NCBI GenBank assembly: GCA_964187785.1
Contig: OZ076409.1
Coordinates: forward strand, 4,404,001 to 4,468,000
Direction of reading: 5' to 3'
Length of the DNA stretch: 64,000 nt
Source of the DNA: Amphiscolops sp. MND2022
Lineage: Eukaryota
Part shown: positions 39,301 to 47,100 of the stretch, one piece after another
Layout of the letters: every line of letters starts with the position of its first letter
Numbering within the stretch: the first letter of the stretch is position 1
Position numbers and translations under genes: made by a program
Notes under the pieces: generated by a model
What the model was told of the DNA's origin: nothing
Databases searched by the model: none
Seen by the model: only the letters and a program-made list of their open reading frames with translations

Positions 39301-41689
39301 ATTACATCCGAGTTTTTGTCCAGCCTTCCACCAAGTGATAGGACACACGCTAAAATAAGAACCTTGTTATTTGAACGTTTATTTCGTGTTGACGTTGCAT
39401 TGTTGTTGATACTAGTACCACTGTTGTTTGGCGTTTCCTTGGTGGTTCTTGGCTCGCTTCACTGCTGGGTTGACATGCCGATGCGCTTGAAGTTCTTTCG
39501 TTGCATGCATTATTACGATGTCGTTTCATACGCTCAACAAGAGGAGATAGAAAAACGAAAAGAAGTTTCAAACAATGCTTTTTTTCGTTGTGTTCTGAAC
39601 GTTTTTTATAGACTGTTTAAAACAGTTTGTTTTAAACATGACAACCCCCGCTGCCAGCTATTCTCAAATTGTTCTATCGTTTTTCAACATAAATCAACAG
39701 TTATCAATACTTGTACTAGCGCAAGACACCCGCTAAGTACCTAGTCAAAAAAGTCAGGCGAAACCGTGATTTGAACCCACTGTCGTTTGCCTGATAGGCG
39801 GATGCACTACCACCTGACACACCGTAACTAAAATGGCAACTAATATGGCAGAATTTGGAACACAGATAAAGATTTTCCTCCCCACGGCACAAATAAAATT
39901 GTGGGGGCGGACAAATGATTGATGTCAGCGAAAGTAGTCGGAGATCGCTGGATGGTTGCGGTTTGCGTTCACAACACAGAAATGACAAAAAATATATTTT
40001 CGAAATTGGTTAATACATTGGATTTTTCAACCGAATCTGTTTAACAGATTGGTTAATGGTTGAAAACGTTTAACAAACGTTATTTTAACCAATTTGGTAA
40101 ACCAATGGTTAAACAAATGGTTCAAATCATAGTTTTGGCATCGCTTGTTTCGCTAATCACCAAACCACTGATTTCATAGCTTTTTCGCTGGAAATTTTTT
40201 CTTCAAGCTATTAAATATTTGACCTCGAATATCTTTTAATTGGTAACTTAATTCAGTTTTTTTTCGAGAAAAATGAATTTTTTATACTGAGTGGGTTCTA
40301 CCAAGGCAAGAGTTGCAATTTTCCGAAATACATTTGAAAACTCGTGTATACTTTTAGCAAAATTGATTTTGAACATTCTTTTAGTTGCCACTATTCTGAA
40401 TCGCTAATGAAATCGCTGAAAAGTTCATGCGCGGCCGCTAATTCGCTAATTAGCGGTGTCAAACTGCTAGAAATATTCATCACTACTCGTACTAACTAGT
40501 ACGGTGGGAGCCACTTAGCCAAATAACCACTTACCCGAAAAAAAAACAAAAGGTTTCACTTGCCGGAAAAATACTTATCATATTTGTTGTATGGCTCGGT
40601 CGCTTCGCTCCCTTCGCCAAATAGCAACATTGAGGCATGGCCATGTGGCACGTCGCTCCGCTTCGCCTCGCTCCTGCATTTAGGACACTAGGCGTATGTG
40701 AACATAACTGACTTGGGGAAATTGAAAAATTCTTTTTTCCATCTTTGAACGTGCTTCCTTCCGGTCCGCCGTCGTCAGCCAATCAGATTGCAGAGAAAGA
40801 AGCGGAAGGAAAATAATTAATTTTTGGGCAAGTGAAACCTTTTTTTTCTCGGGTAAGTGGATATTCTGCCAAGTGGGAAGCCCCCACTAGTACATCGTTG
40901 ACAGCGTTCGTTCGTTGTTCAGGTGTACGGGGACGAGAAGTTCAAGAAGGCGGCGCTGGCCTGTGGCGAGTGTGTGTGGAAGAGGGGCTTTCTGCAGAAG
41001 GGCTACGGCATCTGTCACGGCACCGCCGGCAACGCCTACACCTTCCTCGCTCTCCACAGACTCACCAATGACGTCACACATCTTCACAGGTACCACGCCC
41101 ACCACCCCCCGCCTACATGTACAATCAGCGATAGCAGGAATAATGTAGAAATCTGAACTTTGCAACTTTTTTTCAGTCAACATTTCGTACGCGATTCGAG
41201 TACCTACTGAAAAATTCTTATTTTGTTCAGATTTGACGGAGAAAATTGCGCTGTAATAGGGGTTTTCCTATGCAATTTTAGCTTATTGCCCGGGTGATGT
41301 TTTGCTTTTTTGTCAGAAAAATATCAAAAAATCAGGATATTTTCTGCTTCAAGTGTCGAAACAACTGTAGAGACAATCCTCTAAGTGTTTATAGCCATAT
41401 AATTTTCTTTCATTTTAACGAAGTTTTTTCAAGGATTAAAGTTTTCGTGTTGTGAGGGGGATACAAGGGAAACAAGGTGTACCTAGAGGGAGTGAGAAAT
41501 ATGGTTCATTAATTTTTTGTATGTGTTTCCAGGGCCGTGTGCTTCGCTGACTTGTGCGTTAGTTTCGACCAGCCCCACAGAACCGCAGACAGACCGTTTT
41601 CTCTCTTCGAGGGTCTAGCTGGCACTCTCTACTTTTTGGCCGACATGCTCTGTTTTGAAAAGGCACGGTTTCCTTGCTACGAGATCTGA
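15387..41689 (+). CDS. LANCL: LanC-like protein (LanCL1/2 type), join(15387-15642,16391-16478,19289-19557,35600-35692,35993-36171,40923-41089,41533-41689), 402 aa
   Basis: Motifs YTGLSGI, TLLCGSGG, EFLYGRVGY, YEWHEQEYVGGAHG, LVHWCHGAPG, KGYGICHGTAGN, PFSLFEGLAG and ARFPCYEI. Exons total 1209 nt, all GT-AG with matching phases. Confidence 0.95.
18052..19257. mobile_element. hAT-type MITE with nested insertions; family copies at 15916-16264, about 57121-57396, 58368-58724 and fragments elsewhere
   Basis: CAG(A/G)GTTTTGACA...TGTCAAAACTCTG-type TIRs; perfect 8-bp TSD ATACTAAT (18044-18051, 19258-19265). Confidence 0.85.
20682..21037 (+). repeat. Left terminal inverted repeat
   Basis: Reverse complement of 34463-34785, with a few substitutions and about 30 bp of extra internally duplicated sequence. 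Confidence 0.95.
21271..21681 (+). CDS. Polinton hypothetical protein
   Basis: ATG-initiated ORF whose stop overlaps the next start; no motif recognised. Confidence 0.6.
   Translation: MDPQKIDVVKVQQTFHRLSLDNSDKFETYQKYVLSFCLVYLKNCNFNNITLDHLKYLLKEEPEIKCEIFYKYCKVYRLFVIVRDSQELMGAFSDVCDCLDRRTRLQKFWSCSVRPLWSILKLKYSAQAHWFRELEC
21675..22244 (+). CDS. Polinton DnaQ/DEDD-fold protein with C-x2-H...H-C motif (Maelstrom/arenavirus-NP-like)
   Basis: Motifs VIDFEG, VKEL, FKPP, HGIDW, VFVDG and SCGNH...HCSK. Confidence 0.65.
   Translation: MLNENEILVIDFEGFDYNGLIVKELSVHSKNYQETLLFKPPQAFSTISTINRDSIIFLTKRIHGIDWDSGVYPYTSIHNYLASLRLRFPNAIVFVDGHVKRAFISNYFKKVYILQRLGCPPIKHLCVNAVVSCGNHANYLPWNSQQQHFWHCSKLKTAVAYQWLESRRNANQSKVDSKLERLCVGCSKQ
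22282..22593 (+). CDS. Polinton hypothetical protein (basic, Pro-rich)
   Basis: ORF inside the compact plus-strand gene block; start uncertain. Confidence 0.4.
   Translation: MSVASSARDSKLSRMKKKLPPLNMHISRPPPPVEIDKNCPNLPQEVRDVVKSKSVLRIWFYYGSGKTGSKFKIDLETKDKEWNSFIMLETQRIFVLPRSKSLN
22930..23208 (+). CDS. Small two-transmembrane protein upstream of the ATPase
   Basis: Two hydrophobic segments ending WTSLLAGSVGYLLPSPK; ATGA overlap with the ATPase start. Confidence 0.75.
   Translation: MGSETVDLPDVLSCQEIVFDKENNERPAWKFCFATNIPRSQVIFFVHVLSAFFVITFCLVKLIFFEVSCEDMPFWTSLLAGSVGYLLPSPKL
23205..23930 (+). CDS. Genome-packaging ATPase (A32/FtsK-like)
   Basis: Walker A GPSGSGKT, Walker B LLIFDD, arginine finger GRH, HNLY, and HLLIDL. 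Confidence 0.95.
   Translation: MNKIIFTTERVFMSVVGPSGSGKTRLIFSMLTSKTFYPRFQKIYYFYREFQQIFKEVEKRMNIEFISCLDFDLIKTLQECLLIFDDSCEEIYQDKNFAKIAVSGRHRGINCIFVKHNLYHQSKWSRTIDLNTTHIILFNSPRDTQQIEYLGRQLNKAVFLKECYTDAVAEPHGHLLIDLDPKTSECLRFCSNIVGPGPTIFYLPSSQAKITEINNEREKFAYTQSLGKTHFSTATKTSTTL
23848..24150 (+). CDS. Small conserved Polinton protein
   Basis: The CECAINVVNGTV motif is typical of the small ORF following the Maverick ATPase. Confidence 0.75.
   Translation: MSEKNLHTLSLLEKLTSVQQQKLLRHCDKEFLKFCCECAINVVNGTVGINVDELKQYEIQLRLLCKRSTSTKERRKILMSPKGLKLLNFIIRPCFCYLTD
24159..24743 (+). CDS. Polinton hypothetical protein
   Basis: Open 194-aa frame between the small ORF and the integrase; FVLIP N-terminus and terminal W. 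Confidence 0.7.
   Translation: MNTQEFVLIPKSFYTQQKHSTLQVLRDPEVEQKAKSLTLLQRNNTFPDPSTVEKKEKTSKENILKSLDMLTAAQKQRTREILNKIESSETIDFDETGDITVNKISTKISLSTFLYNLQQPNKNLTDPSYSIILKELMVNPNLVPNRNAKNILNPSTTRKRAEPTRDESDASNEESEEIAKSKASGSKIWTSLGI
24664..25662 (+). CDS. Retroviral-like DDE integrase
   Basis: Catalytic triad in WSID, SDKGSEF and AERNIR, followed by FRVGDFVRVS, FKKGY and FY..EL; no chromodomain. Confidence 0.96.
   Translation: MPATKNLKKLLKAKRLDRKYGHLSESERKTLEKLYTQGPAAYGSVENLKKASKLPKRKVETFLAQTDAHTKYHAPRKKFPRLKVQAYRINEIWSIDVAYMDKLAKYNNGVKYLLVAVDVLSRFLRVEPMKTKSAADSTRAFKRMITKSIPEKIWSDKGSEFKGEFKQFCDSKNIDIYSTHSETKSAFAERNIRSLKNIIYKHLEKRWSYQYIKKLHDFVDIINSRVNRVTGLAPKKVSDKDVPHLISLVSYKSTKQLRVPKFRVGDFVRVSKENLPFKKGYKQNFTDEIFQIEKIATLNPPTYNLLDSEKEKLLGKFYQPELILVKKKNGRI
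25649..26515 (+). CDS. Minor capsid protein (penton)
   Basis: Motifs NTLAAFKNQLP..ISLEGDWRVALSEI.FP, LVYTDLIEYQ..GDVKAPVLRII and terminal LTLKFKK. Confidence 0.9.
   Translation: MDEFEVHLLSTASLEIFGDNTLAAFKNQLPQNISLEGDWRVALSEIIFPSEINNVYTDFFYYVHTTKKKEDEENLDEIDEEKAEEIEIDSEPVVPYYQKLKIRPSMYSHINNLLFEMRSKVNLLTEDGKHRSTENGLEIKFDAYAGYTFPNRNIPNLLGFKGKETAFGIHIGNEDILNSRWVVNDFPVDLISGISLILVYTDLIEYQNTGDVKAPVLRIIDSGKRVESGKVVTTQNLETRSFFDLQYKKLLVQNIQTISIQLRTETGILVPFCGKGQVVLTLKFKKFA
26515..26889 (+). CDS. Basic virion core protein (adintovirus pX/GasderminX-like)
   Basis: YY..Q...QRGSGIG, an amphipathic helix and a Lys/Arg-rich tail ending SDFF; located between penton and major capsid. Confidence 0.8.
   Translation: MEDYYSKQVYLPHFASYNRQRGSGIGALAAGIGRVALPFAKNFILPAAKKIGKELLVQSVPEVFDVIAKRKSPREAAKTAMKKTIKKQIGGKSKRSSKKRKTITKSKRKQRSRSDFFSKVKNVA
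26879..28186 (+). CDS. Major capsid protein (double jelly-roll, hexon-like), 435 aa from ATG 26879
   Basis: Motifs LDIF, GPTLEF.V.G....FLDL, NNTLHSLFS, LYVRK, NPFHY and VFDLT. Confidence 0.93.
   Translation: MLPNILPLEASHSSLDIFERSPVLITFDSSFEQKIGPIYSPNGPTLEFEVVGDRNNFLDLQKIFLEIKCKIKQSDGNDLRYDATDATQTDTPIFVNNTLHSLFSECTVTANGIKISNANGVYAHKAFIETEYSNGKEAKETWLRCQGYTYEQHPGNSTTTPFTNRELESRQSGELTFFGKVAADVFSCDKHLLSGVTLRISFVRSKPEFVLIHDDVAKNYKITITQANLYVRKMTVSEQVFIAIEKTLTKTPALYRYTEVLPKTFLIPTGSRSWSKEDVFSREPIRRFALALVSNASFLGSKDTNPFHYQKHNLNEVTVYRNGYPVAGTPLATDDLKRVYMSTMDALAFGHHGHGIPFADYANHFVMVFDLTSTQQASHDFLYPELTNAAISLELKFSAALAVNTEVFLLGEKASTIYIDSHRKVSKNVMLNPTT
28190..28630 (+). CDS. Adenain-like cysteine maturation protease
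   Basis: Motifs FGGIYPAD, IVNS...GKHW, FADPLG and LQ..NSNLCGLYC (His/Asp/Gln/Cys set). Confidence 0.93.
   Translation: MDEDYIAHLIKNSPRLKYKFGGIYPADKFPILLPNNTFVIVNSENSNSAGKHWIVWSNVKGTFNFADPLGLDLFLHYPNIAKRISAIPIQVQQTLKDATKTPLQNQNSNLCGLYCIYIAHFLLSSYYPLISYISETDLLRFVKTLM
28661..29251 (-). CDS. Polinton hypothetical protein with an HYHVL motif
   Basis: Open frame of about 196 aa from ATG 29251, overlapping the stop of the upstream ORF. Confidence 0.6.
   Translation of the reverse strand: MVEAMFERSPDYFKQFRKNFRFFLFKEKPKAGVDFPLDVVISIGLHSPVHDGLCNALPDNHYHVLAQCFGENYKGQPKSYLLPCLYSTYALLIANSDEKEICGEIFEKLDQAVQYNCDPPNRNPKKLLPSICFSVQKCDKAVQVSSGLSQGTIQRLENVMLGPYGGHFLLIADIFQTGHGSLNFVPVLTFSLNEIV
29232..29627 (-). 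CDS. PC4-like ssDNA-binding protein (tentative)
   Basis: ATVKTY..TYVFLKLF...KITLTKEEFEIL follows the PC4 pattern; basic then acidic tail. Confidence 0.55.
   Translation of the reverse strand: MFSGDFTLAKDEDFGDYYCDLSEKSNRILRATVKTYEHTGTYVFLKLFKKKPDAEFALVQKITLTKEEFEILLWKGKSVLQPSNIKKVTKKCKKIKKPSFVDSVAEEDDGDNVDGENKENIDPRKYGGSNV
30042..30641 (+). CDS. Polinton hypothetical protein with NLS-like PPVKKAK
   Basis: 199-aa ATG-initiated ORF. Confidence 0.65.
   Translation: MATVFTHFTSKRFIIYETQFQKALSIIEQMRSDENDRWETKQHILLPNMVYHKLSKQPTEKTILERKRKIDSVDCEAASNWDIESLHRCDLPMLPIQIKRILCRDDCAMVPLTENQMGFFREVDSLEDFWGVEHDPASPSPQVSPEVLVCTTEDEETKDGDDLTVSPQIVTPDSTRTAALEPPPVKKAKQQEKKLLKRF
31031..32495. repeat. Direct duplication of about 731 bp inside the Polinton
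   Basis: ACGTAGAGAAATTGC at 31031 and 31762; near-identical copies. Confidence 0.95.
32360..33740. repeat. 104-bp tandem array (13 units, alternating A/B dimer)
   Basis: CAGAACTTATCCCC at 32374, 32478, 32582 ... 33622 in exact 104-bp steps; the last step is 102 bp (33724, variant CAAAACTT). Confidence 0.97.
33738..34141 (+). pseudogene. C-terminal remnant of protein-primed DNA polymerase B
   Basis: YTLQTNKISLSCFDDKRYIMSNGVDTLPFGHY is the Polinton PolB C-terminal signature. No ATG or catalytic motifs upstream; probable frameshift in the acidic tail (continuing VFLDCEAVE..PPPQKKVK). Confidence 0.9.
34463..34785 (-). repeat. Right terminal inverted repeat
   Basis: Reverse complement of the left end. 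Confidence 0.95.
36074..38888. repeat. Tandem duplication (36074-37274 and 37687-38888) separated by a copy of Polinton 33818-34219
   Basis: Near-identical copies with offset 1613-1614; insert 37277-37678 has constant offset 3459 to its source. Confidence 0.95.
36721..37255 (-). mobile_element. Abundant non-autonomous element with subterminal inverted repeats (Helentron/DINE-like, tentative); copies at about 38334-38869, 42720-43186, 55156-55500, 61404-61936, 62676-63093
   Basis: Shared ends TTTTTAGTCGGCGC...GGCGCCGACTTGGG.CG.TCCCG.CTTGTT; no obvious TSD; T-rich insertion sites. Confidence 0.6.
39133..39348 (-). pseudogene. hAT transposase C-terminal dimerization-domain remnant (another at about 60185-60310, plus strand)
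   Basis: SASLERHFSTLGFTYGKLRTKL; second remnant PSSAGLQRVF...IRNRLKPEKV. Confidence 0.75.
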
Positions 41690-42152
41690 CGACTGTTCAA
41701 CTCATTCTTCGTGCGCTATTTCTTCCATATTGGCTTGAATTGCCGCGTAACTTGATATACGGACAAAACCACTAATTTTTTGTTTACTGGCAAAAATTAA
41801 AGCCGACCTGGATTAAAAGCCGCATTTTTGTAGCCCTTCTTGCTTCATGAAAACTCGGAAGTTGAAAATAGGCGCTTGTTAATTAAAGCTTTTTCTTTGA
41901 GCTGGAATATGACTTGAGCTGTGTGGAAGAAAGATGCCGTCGACTTACAACTGCGTACCATTTTTACAGGATAATTATTTAATCTGTTATCGCGAAAGAA
42001 TTTTATTTGTGCTACGAATTGTTGTAGGGAGAGTCATGAACTTTGTTTTTGTTAGTGTTAATGTTTGCAATAAATACTGGCTAGACTAAGCTGCAATAAA
42101 AATTTTAATTGAAGTTTGCTTGATCAAAAGTTTGTTTTTATTATTCCTGCAA

Positions 42153-42665
42153 TAGCAGGAATATTATTGAAACCTCAAGATGTCTACTTTTTTTCAGTGA
42201 AATTCTTCGCACGATACTGAATAATTCAGATATTTGTTCGGCAGTGACTATAAGCGTGAGAATTAAATTTCTCAAGCTGCCGAAAACAATTCAATTCTCG
42301 TGCGATGGAACGAGCGAGTGGTAATTATGCGTTCGTACGCTGACGTCATTGAGATGAAGCGAGCGAATGTTCGTAATTGTGCTTTCGTTGCCCCGAGTTA
42401 TTGAGATTAAGCGAATGAGTGTTAATTATTCGTTCGTTGAGAGCTTCGCCTGCATTCAAATGCGAATGCGAAACTTCGTCTACTAGCTAAAGTAGTTATT
42501 TTTGCTTTAGTCCGAAATTTAAAGACGGTATAAACTGGTACAGTGATTAATTGTGCGCTAAATAATGATTAAACAGGAGTGTATTGGTATTCCAGATATG
42601 ATTCTTTTATTAATGAAAGATTAAAGCAGAAATTATAGTGTGACCCGGAGGGAGGGGCCTATTTT
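42153..42665. mobile_element. Dispersed repeat of about 510 bp, unclassified; copies at 59328-59822 and 20290-34899 (split by the Polinton)
   Basis: Three alignable copies from AGCAGGAATATTATTGAAAC to GGGGCCTATTTT. Confidence 0.85.
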
Positions 42666-44171
42666 CCTAACAATTTTTCTTCACTTTTTCCAATCTCCTA
42701 ATATTGTGCGCTGCTGTTATTTTAGTCGGCGCCTTTTCCTTTAAGGAAAAAAGCCCGACTATTACAGTGGCTTGTTTTTTTTTCGTCAGACCACAGAGCT
42801 CATCGCGTATGTACCACTTTTTACAGAAACTGATAACACTACTCAGGCCAATGGAAACTTAGTGCAAAGGGTCCCCCCTTTCATTTTTTACCTTTTTTAC
42901 GTAACCTACAAAACCGGAAGAGACCAAAGGGTCCCCCTTTCAATTTTTTTCGGCACTGTGCGACATTTTCGAAGTTTTTTTCAAAAAAATTTTTTCAAAA
43001 ATTCAAATTTTTTGTTCCCAGTCGGGAAACAGTGATTTTTCAGTCATATCGAGCATGAAAGGCACACTTTGGGTGTCTCGAAAGTGTTTTCAAAGCTTTT
43101 CATGAATACGTCCTGAGCATATTGAGAAAACTTTGCGCTTCTTGAGCCTTAGATATAGCGCCGACTTTAGACGTTCCCGTCTTGTTCTTCTTAAATCTTG
43201 TCAGTTTTGTACAGTTGAATCGATATTTCAGTGCAGGTGAAGTAACGCATAGTGAATACCGATGAATTTATGAATACGAAAGATTGATTCGATCGAAAGT
43301 ATTGATTTTCCAACGTTTTCGTCCATCTAGTTTTCTGTGAATGCTCTAGCTGAAAGCTCGTTGAAACAAAATGCTTTGAAACTAGACATATTCGGCAAAT
43401 CATTGTCTCGAAGTGTTTATGATACCGTTTGTATGCTTTTTCCACGAAAAGTTGCGCATTACTAAGTTGAACGGCAGAAATTTTCAAACTTTTTCCTGTG
43501 ATAACGTTAAGTCAGTTTATACTTGAATGGTGTGTGCCTTTCATTTTGTATTATAGACACCTACTTCCATTGCAGGCGGCTGCGTTTGGCAATAAGCTAC
43601 TCTTGCGGGACAGCTAAATGTTCTTTAACTGCACCTCTTGAAACTTCTTCGTTATTTTCCCCCGCTGTCACTTGAGGGAGGTGGGAGTAAGGGTATGCGG
43701 AAAACTCGTCGAAAACAACTCGCCGAATGCAACTCGTCAAATAATAATTGAGTGCAAATAATTAGAGATTACCCACAGTGCTAATTATGGATTAATTTTC
43801 GTTAATTGATGCGTGAAATTTCCAGTTTTACGCATAATAGAGCTTTTTTAATTATATAACTGCTTGAAATGGAAATGTTTCACTTTAATTGTTTACAGTG
43901 CAGGACTTCATATTAATTTAGAACTTCATACATAGCATGGTATGATCACAAAGTTAGGACTATATTTGCCTGAGATTATTATCTGTTCTTACGACGAGTT
44001 TTCCGCTGGAGCATTTTTGGGCAGTTGCTTTTCGACGAGTTTTCCGTATTGTATTTTGGACCAATTGTTTTCGACGAGTTTTCTTAGATTCATGACAAAG
44101 TGTCCTTATTTTCAGGTACGTTTTTGGGAACTTCTAGTCAGACTTATTGCCTCCAATCTGTCGTCATCACG

Positions 44172-47100
44172 ATGGAATCCGAAGACGAGGTGATGGAGGT
44201 GAGACCCAAGGTTAAGGCCGAGTTTGGCTCTTCTCCGCCGCCCAAATCCAACGTGGTCGCCAATCTGGCCCAACCCCGGACTCCCAAGGTGACCAGAGTG
44301 CAGTCTCCCAGGGCGTCTCCTCTGGCCAGATCAGAAACGCCCAAGTCCAACAGAAGTTCCACTCCCAACAAAAGGTCATATCTTTGAAACCCTATAACTA
44401 CTAAATGACTTGTTTGCATGGGATTGCTGTGCAGAGTCAAATTACGTAGTATCGAAAAACGTGCAAAATTATCTAGGTCCAAGATCATTTGGACACAAAA
44501 AAGGGTATTTGCTAAGTAGAAATATCCAAAAACCAAAGGGGACCCTTTGTGAACTGAAAAAATATATATGTATTTTGAAATGTCGCACAGTGCCGAAAAT
44601 CCTTTCACAGCTTTGTATTCGCATAAAAACGTCAACGAAACTTTTTGAAGATTTTGATAGCGTTTGTTCCATTTCAGCACCCCCAGTCTCCAACAACACG
44701 TCATACCCTCGCCTTCGACGCCTCTGAGTCTCCCCTCAACCTCTGTGACTCCCTCGAAATCTTCCTCGGCCGCCGGATCCTCCTCTCAGAGTCAAGGGGT
44801 GTTCGCCAAGGAGATCCGACACATGATGTACGGCCTGGGGGATCACAAGACACCATATAAGGACAGTGTTGACCTGGTGGAGCAGCTCGTTCTAAGGTCA
44901 GATGCTTCAAGCCACGCTATTGATATCGCTAATTCTTTTTCGCTTATCACTAAACCGCTAATTTCAAAATTGCTATTTCGCTGAAAAGCCTTTTCTGCAA
45001 ACTGTTAAATGTTAAAAACTCCTTCAATCTTCTTCACAGTTCTTTTCCGGGCTATCACTACCATTCTCAAACCAATACCAAGTGAATATCATTCAATAAT
45101 TTTGAGAACAATAGATTCCAAGTACTCACTTGTTTGGTTCAGTTACGTTGGGTTTTGACCTCGTTAATTTTTTTCGCATATCGCTAAACCGCTACTTTCA
45201 AATTATTATTATTATTATTATAGTTTCTTCAAACCACAAGAATACAGTTGATACATCTAATCAGTAGCAATCACGTTTGAAGAGGGCCTGAACACCATAA
45301 CAATGCCAATCCAGTCGGACCATTGCTAAATGAGAGAAAAAAATGAACTATTTTAGGTTTTTTGTGTATATTTAGTATTTGAGGTGGTATTTTTTTGGAA
45401 AAAAAATTGTTCTCCGGTTGGAAAGCGACAGCGATGTACCTCGATATCAGTACCTGTGTCTAAGACATTAAAACCGCATGCATGTATTACAGTGATCCTT
45501 GTAACGTTTTAGTGGCAGAGAAAAAGGAAAAGAAACAACTAATCAGAATTAATTTTCGAAGACAATAACGCGCTTCGTCCTAACCGGGTAACCCTAAAAA
45601 ACACACTTTTCCGCCGCAAAAAATTTGGGCATAGGTTACCCCCTAGGGTGAGAAATCTATCATTTTCAGCAAAAAAAAAATGTTTTCCAATATGAGAAAT
45701 GTGGCGACTCATTTTTGGAAACCTTTTACGAGCGATGTTGATCATCATAAACCAAACCGAGCGATGAAAGCCTTGCACTAGAAACATTCGCTACTTCCGC
45801 AACTTGAAGTTGTGGGTTCCCGATGTGAAGGATCGGTGTTTTACCAATGCTTCTAGTGGGGCTTTCATATCTTAGTTTATCGCAAAATATCTTCAACGGC
45901 GTTTAGCTTATCGCAAAATATCTTTGTTTTTGAAAAGTATAAATAAATAAAAAATTTTTGAGAAATTGTTTTAGGTTGTGAATAAGAACTTGATTTGATG
46001 CGGGATTTTCTCAAAAATGTCGGACGGGATTAATCGCATGTCTATCAAGAAATTTGAGACTTTTGATCCACGATATTTTAATGAAAACTTCCAGTTCTTC
46101 GCAAGCGGTAAAATGTATTTACTATGAAGCGCACATCTTGTGTTTCGTGTATGCTCGTTTGTTACGAACATATTGTTAGTATCTTCAGTGGCTAGTTCTT
46201 TTCGTATACTTCTCAATGCAAACTTGACGAGCTCATAGAAGTACAATTGTTTCAGTGTAAGAACGTTGTTCATATATAGCTCCGCATCGATATTATCGGT
46301 ATAACGTTTGAAAAACAGCAACCGGAAAAATTTTCGTTGTAGAACGCTTATTTTCTCAAGTTTACCAAAATATGTTCCCCCATAAACGAGTATTCCGTAT
46401 TGTATCACCGGTTTCACATAAAACATGTAATAGCTAAATAAAAATTCTCGGCTAACAAAGTGCCACAATCTCGAAATATTTGCAATATGCCGACCTAGCT
46501 TTTTCGATAGATCTTTTATGTGTTCGTCGAAATTGAGGTTTTTATCTAATGTAACACCAAGGTAATTTAGAGATTCGGTTTCTTCAAAAAGCGAATTCTG
46601 AAGATATAAAGGAATAGATATTGGGGTACGAAAAGAATTTTTTTCGTTTTCAATCCATTTAATATCAATTTATTCAATTTGAACCATTCTTCGATAACGG
46701 CAAGTTCAAAGATAATTTGATCTTCATTATAATTAGCCGTAGATGTGGAAATTCTAAGATCTGTATCATCGGCAGAAAATGTCGGTAAAAAGAACGTACA
46801 AATGTCAAGATCGTTCATATAAATTAGAAACAACGAATGATTCAAATGATCGAGTGTGTCAAAGGCTTTGCTGAGGTCGAGAAATAAGCAGTTACATAGA
46901 AACTGGTCATCATCTCGAATTTTTTCGATTATTTGAATGATTGCATCAACGGTAGATCTTTTTCTGCGGTATCCAAACTGAGAACTTTTGAGGAGATTAA
47001 AACGCTCAAAGTAAGTGTACACTAGAGTGCACATTGCTCTCTCAAACACTTTTGAAACAACAGGTAATATGGAAATAGGTCGAAAGTTGTTAATTTCTCT

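Noticed and set aside
39106..39744. 212-aa plus-strand ORF
   Set aside because: Antisense shadow of a hAT transposase remnant.
15387..41689. Lanthipeptide biosynthesis cluster or bacterial HGT
   Set aside because: A spliced eukaryotic LanCL collinear with animal LanCL1/2; no LanB, precursor or transporter seen.
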